From: Candidatus Anaeroferrophillus wilburensis
Lineage (GTDB): Bacteria; Desulfobacterota; Anaeroferrophillalia; Anaeroferrophillales; Anaeroferrophillaceae
DNA length: 64,000 nt
Reading direction: 5' to 3'
Assembly (NCBI GenBank): GCA_016934315.1
Contig: JAFGSY010000011.1
Span: forward strand, 493-64,492
Below the pieces are notes generated by a model. It saw nothing but the letters and a program-made list of their open reading frames with translations. It ran no database searches and was not told the origin of the DNA. A program made the translations under genes and the position numbers. Position 1 is the first letter of the stretch. Each line of letters starts with the position of its first letter. This document shows positions 60,950-64,000 of the stretch, in pieces.

Positions 60950-62164
60950 ATGACTGAACAATCAACCATCAAAGGCTTGCTGCTGCTTCTGGTGAAGGGC
61001 AACCGCTGGTATTATCTCTGGCTGGCCAGCCTTGTCCTGCTGATTTTAACCGGTGCCTGTGCCTACCGGGTTCAGTTCGACCGCGGTTTGATTGTTACCA
61101 ATATGCGTGATCAGGTTTCCTGGGGGTTGTATATTGCCAACTTCACCTACCTGGTGGGTGTCGCCGCCGCGGCGGTCCTGCTGGTGATTCCAGCCTATCT
61201 GTACAACTGGAAACCCATCAAGGAGATTGTGCTCCTGGGCGAATTGCTGGCGGTGGCCGCAATTGTCATGTGTATCACCTTTGTCATGATTGATCTTGGC
61301 CGTCCGGATCGTTTCTGGCATCTGCTGCCGAAAATCGGCCGGCTCAACTGGCCCCAGTCGATGCTGGCCTGGGATGTGGTGGTCCTCAACCTGTATCTGC
61401 TGCTCAACCTGCTGATCTCCTGGTATGTCCTCAGTAATCTTTATCGAGGGACGGCACCCAACAAGACGCTCTTCTGGTTGCTCATCTGCCTTTCGATTCC
61501 CGGCGCGGTTGCCATTCATGCTGTCACCTCTTATCTCTATGGTGGTCTGCCGGCTAGACCGTTCTGGAATGCTTCAATCATGGCCCCCCGGTTTCTGGCT
61601 TCGGCTTTCTGCTCCGGCCCTTCGCTGATCATCCTGATTTTCCAGGTGATCAGAAAATTTTCACCGTTGAAAGTTGCCGATGAAGCGCTCTTCAAGCTGG
61701 CTGAGATGGTCGGCTGGTCGATGTTTGTCAACCTGTTCCTGCTGGGGGCTGAGGTATTTAAGGAATTTTATTCCAATACCTGGCATGTGAGCCATATCCA
61801 ATATCTTTTTTTTGGTCTCCACGGCAAAACACAGCTGGTGCCGTTCACCTGGACGGCAATCGCGTTCAACGTGACCAGTCTCTGCATTCTGATCTATCCG
61901 CGGACCAGGAAGAATCTCTTTACCCTGAACGGTGCCTGCGTCATGATGCTCATCGGGGTGTGGATAGAAAAAGGTCTGGGGTTGGTCAACCCCGGTTTTA
62001 CCCCCACGCCGCTGGGGGAGATATATGAATACCTGCCCAACCTGCGGGAAATCACCATCTCCATCGGGGTGCTGGCCTTCGGTCTGCTGGTTTATACCGT
62101 CTTGCTTGCCATTGCCATTCCAATCCAGACCGGTGATTTTCGTGCCCGCACCGATCCTCCCTAA
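60950..62164 (+). CDS. NrfD/PsrC-family integral membrane quinone-interacting subunit
   Basis: About 400 aa with roughly 10 TM helices, starting 2 nt after the FeS gene stop. Confidence 0.8.
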   Translation: MTEQSTIKGLLLLLVKGNRWYYLWLASLVLLILTGACAYRVQFDRGLIVTNMRDQVSWGLYIANFTYLVGVAAAAVLLVIPAYLYNWKPIKEIVLLGELLAVAAIVMCITFVMIDLGRPDRFWHLLPKIGRLNWPQSMLAWDVVVLNLYLLLNLLISWYVLSNLYRGTAPNKTLFWLLICLSIPGAVAIHAVTSYLYGGLPARPFWNASIMAPRFLASAFCSGPSLIILIFQVIRKFSPLKVADEALFKLAEMVGWSMFVNLFLLGAEVFKEFYSNTWHVSHIQYLFFGLHGKTQLVPFTWTAIAFNVTSLCILIYPRTRKNLFTLNGACVMMLIGVWIEKGLGLVNPGFTPTPLGEIYEYLPNLREITISIGVLAFGLLVYTVLLAIAIPIQTGDFRARTDPP

Positions 62165-62375
62165 AATTCTTTTTGCCCCCTGTTATCATCTCTTTGACTC
62201 TATTTCGGCCCCTTGTTTTGGCGGTAAAGTGTTGTTTTTCGTTTATTTTTTGCTCTAAAAATGATAAAATTAGCGTTTGTTTTAAAGAGGCAGCAGGATT
62301 TTGCTTCATTGCTGGTTCCGATCATTTTGAACCTTCTGTTGTCTATTTGGATAAGGTGGTGAAAAGGAGAACTCT

Positions 62376-63773
62376 ATGCATCCGGAAACGAGGAAAATAA
62401 CTGACATCATTGTCAAGGCGGCGGCGAAGGCCCGCCGGGAAACCAAGAACGAACCAGGCCATCCCCATGCCCAGAAAGTGGTCCGCTGGCCCCTGAATTG
62501 CACTATTGGTCCCGGACTGGAGGGTGCCATTGCCTGTGAGAGCAAGGTGGGTTACGTGAACGGAGCCAAGGGTTGGCTGGTTTACCGGGGCTATGATATC
62601 TTTGATCTCTGCGCTTATTCCACCTATGAGGAGGTCAGTTATCTTCTCCTGCATGGCAGTCTGCCCACTGCCCAGGAGCTGGAGGAGTATAAGCAGAAAC
62701 TGATACAGTATCGTTATCTGAATAAAACCCTGCGTATTCTCATGGGGTTCCCGGTTGAAGAGATGAATTCCATGGCTGCTTTGCGCATGGGGACTCTGCT
62801 CATGCGTCAGGAATTTACCGATCGGGACAAGGAGAGCGGCCGGCCGGCCATTGACGATGCCATCAGCGCCGATGAAGACTCCATTCCCATGGAAACCCTG
62901 CCCACCGGGGAAGAACATGCCATCTATGAGTTCAGTTCCAAAAAGAGGGCGAAAAAACGGAAAATGAGTGGCGAGAAAGCCAGCGGTCTGGAGGCCTGCT
63001 ACCACCTGATTGCCGGGGTGCCGACCATTACCGCGGCCATTGCCCGGGTCCGCCAGGGGAATATGGCCATTGAGCCGGACCCTGAACTCAGCCATGCGGC
63101 CAACCTGCTGTATATGATGAATGGCACCCGTCCGACCCCCCTGCAGGAACGGATCATGGATATTGCCCTGATCCTGCATGCGGACCACGGTATGAATGCC
63201 AGCACCTTCGCGTCCATGGTGGTGGCCTCCACCCTTTCCGACATCTACTTTTCCGTTGGTTCAGGGATTGCAGCTCTCAGCGGCCCGCTCCATGGAGGTG
63301 CCAATGAACAGGTCCTCCATACCCTGAAAGAGATCGGCAGCCCGGAAAAGGTGAAAGCCTGGGTTCGTTCAGCCAGTCGGGAAAGCAGGAAAATTCCCGG
63401 CTTTGGCCACCGGGTCTACAAGGCCTACGATCCCCGGGCCCGGGTTCTCGGACCGATGGCGGCCTACCGCATCAAAAAATTCAACGATGACAACCTCAGA
63501 CTTTTTACCGTTGCCCAAGAGCTTGAAAAACAGGTCCACGATGAGTTCGGCAAGGAAAAGAAGATTTTTCCCAACGTTGACTTCTATTCCGGCATTGTCT
63601 ACAGCCGGATGGGTATTGACCCAGCCATGTTTACGCCGCTCTTTGCCGTCAGCCGGGTGGCCGGCTGGACCGCCAGGGTGCTGGAATACCTGCAGAAGAA
63701 CCGGATCTTCCGGCCCCGGGCCATGTATACCGGTGACTTTGAACAGGAATATGTGCCGCTGGAACAACGCTGA
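62376..63773 (+). CDS. citrate synthase
   Basis: Signature GPLHGGANE and downstream catalytic His/Asp context. An insert of about 50 aa (acidic, then basic KKRAKKRK) sits in the middle. Confidence 0.88.
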   Translation: MHPETRKITDIIVKAAAKARRETKNEPGHPHAQKVVRWPLNCTIGPGLEGAIACESKVGYVNGAKGWLVYRGYDIFDLCAYSTYEEVSYLLLHGSLPTAQELEEYKQKLIQYRYLNKTLRILMGFPVEEMNSMAALRMGTLLMRQEFTDRDKESGRPAIDDAISADEDSIPMETLPTGEEHAIYEFSSKKRAKKRKMSGEKASGLEACYHLIAGVPTITAAIARVRQGNMAIEPDPELSHAANLLYMMNGTRPTPLQERIMDIALILHADHGMNASTFASMVVASTLSDIYFSVGSGIAALSGPLHGGANEQVLHTLKEIGSPEKVKAWVRSASRESRKIPGFGHRVYKAYDPRARVLGPMAAYRIKKFNDDNLRLFTVAQELEKQVHDEFGKEKKIFPNVDFYSGIVYSRMGIDPAMFTPLFAVSRVAGWTARVLEYLQKNRIFRPRAMYTGDFEQEYVPLEQR

Positions 63774-63794
63774 TCAACCGGTCTGTCACGCAGA

Positions 63795-63831
63795 AAAAGC
63801 CCCGCATGAGTGTTTATGCGGGGCTTTTTTT
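63795..63831. terminator. bidirectional Rho-independent terminator between citrate synthase and convergent gene
   Basis: AAAAGCCCCGCAT-gagtgtttat-GCGGGGCTTTTTTT, flanked by A- and T-runs. Confidence 0.8.
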
Positions 63832-63860
63832 ATCTGCCGGTTTTGCTTCAGAAATGCCGC

Positions 63861-64000
63861 TTATGGGGAATGGCGTTCTGGCTGCTCGTGCGGACGCCCC
63901 TTGTCATCCCAGCCGTGCAGCCGGTAGTATGCCGCCAGCATGTCCGCAAGGTGCGCTTCGGTAATGACTTTTCCCGAGTCCTCCAACTGCCGGTGAAGCT
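63861..64000 (-). CDS. 3' end of an aldehyde:ferredoxin oxidoreductase-like gene (partial, runs off window)
   Basis: The minus-strand frame reads ...LHRQLEDSGKVITEAHLADMLAAYYRLHGWDDKGRPHEQPERHSP*, which matches the AOR-family C-terminal pattern. Confidence 0.4.
   Translation of the reverse strand, partial: LHRQLEDSGKVITEAHLADMLAAYYRLHGWDDKGRPHEQPERHSP

Overview
This 64 kb window looks like a core chromosomal segment of a Gram-negative, deltaproteobacteria-like anaerobe, gene-dense on both strands. Contents, in order:

- **Start of window:** a 5'-truncated PEP-CTERM cargo protein and a TPR protein.
- **Housekeeping block:** ftsK, RNase J, prfB with its programmed +1 frameshift, an LptF/LptG permease, initiator tRNA-fMet, DUF3047, an ArsA-like ATPase, rubrerythrin, RidA, DUF445 and plsC.
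- **Translation/RNA-processing cluster:** the fully syntenic rimP-nusA-ylxR-infB-DUF503-rbfA-nrnA-truB-rpsO-pnp run.
- **Chaperones and synthetases:** a CbpA-like DnaJ, comEC, hisS, two Hsp20 genes, clpB, cysK, gatA, gatB and lpxC.
- **Hydrolases:** MBL-fold and rhodanese-fusion hydrolases.
- **Acyl metabolism cluster:** hotdog thioesterases, a UbiD-family decarboxylase, two PTA/PTB acyltransferases and a butyrate-kinase-like gene.
- **Respiratory module:** tetraheme cytochrome c, a Tat-exported 4Fe-4S protein and an NrfD-like membrane subunit.
- **End of window:** citrate synthase and a 3' fragment of an AOR-like gene.

The main non-routine items are:

1. An IscA/HesB-like gene interrupted by an in-frame TGA where the first cluster-ligating Cys should be. 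This is a selenocysteine protein that the ORF track splits in two, with a hairpin in bSECIS position.
2. A convergent pair downstream of hisS: a glutamine-synthetase-fold amidoligase-like protein and a gamma-glutamylcyclotransferase-like protein, with a small upstream ORF that ends in Gly. This is a candidate peptide or metabolite ligation and tag-removal system.
3. A 128-nt intergenic element with a 19-21 bp closing helix and nested hairpins, either a structured ncRNA or a MITE.
4. The prfB CTT-TGA recoding site, and an over-extended ORF call that runs over the initiator tRNA.
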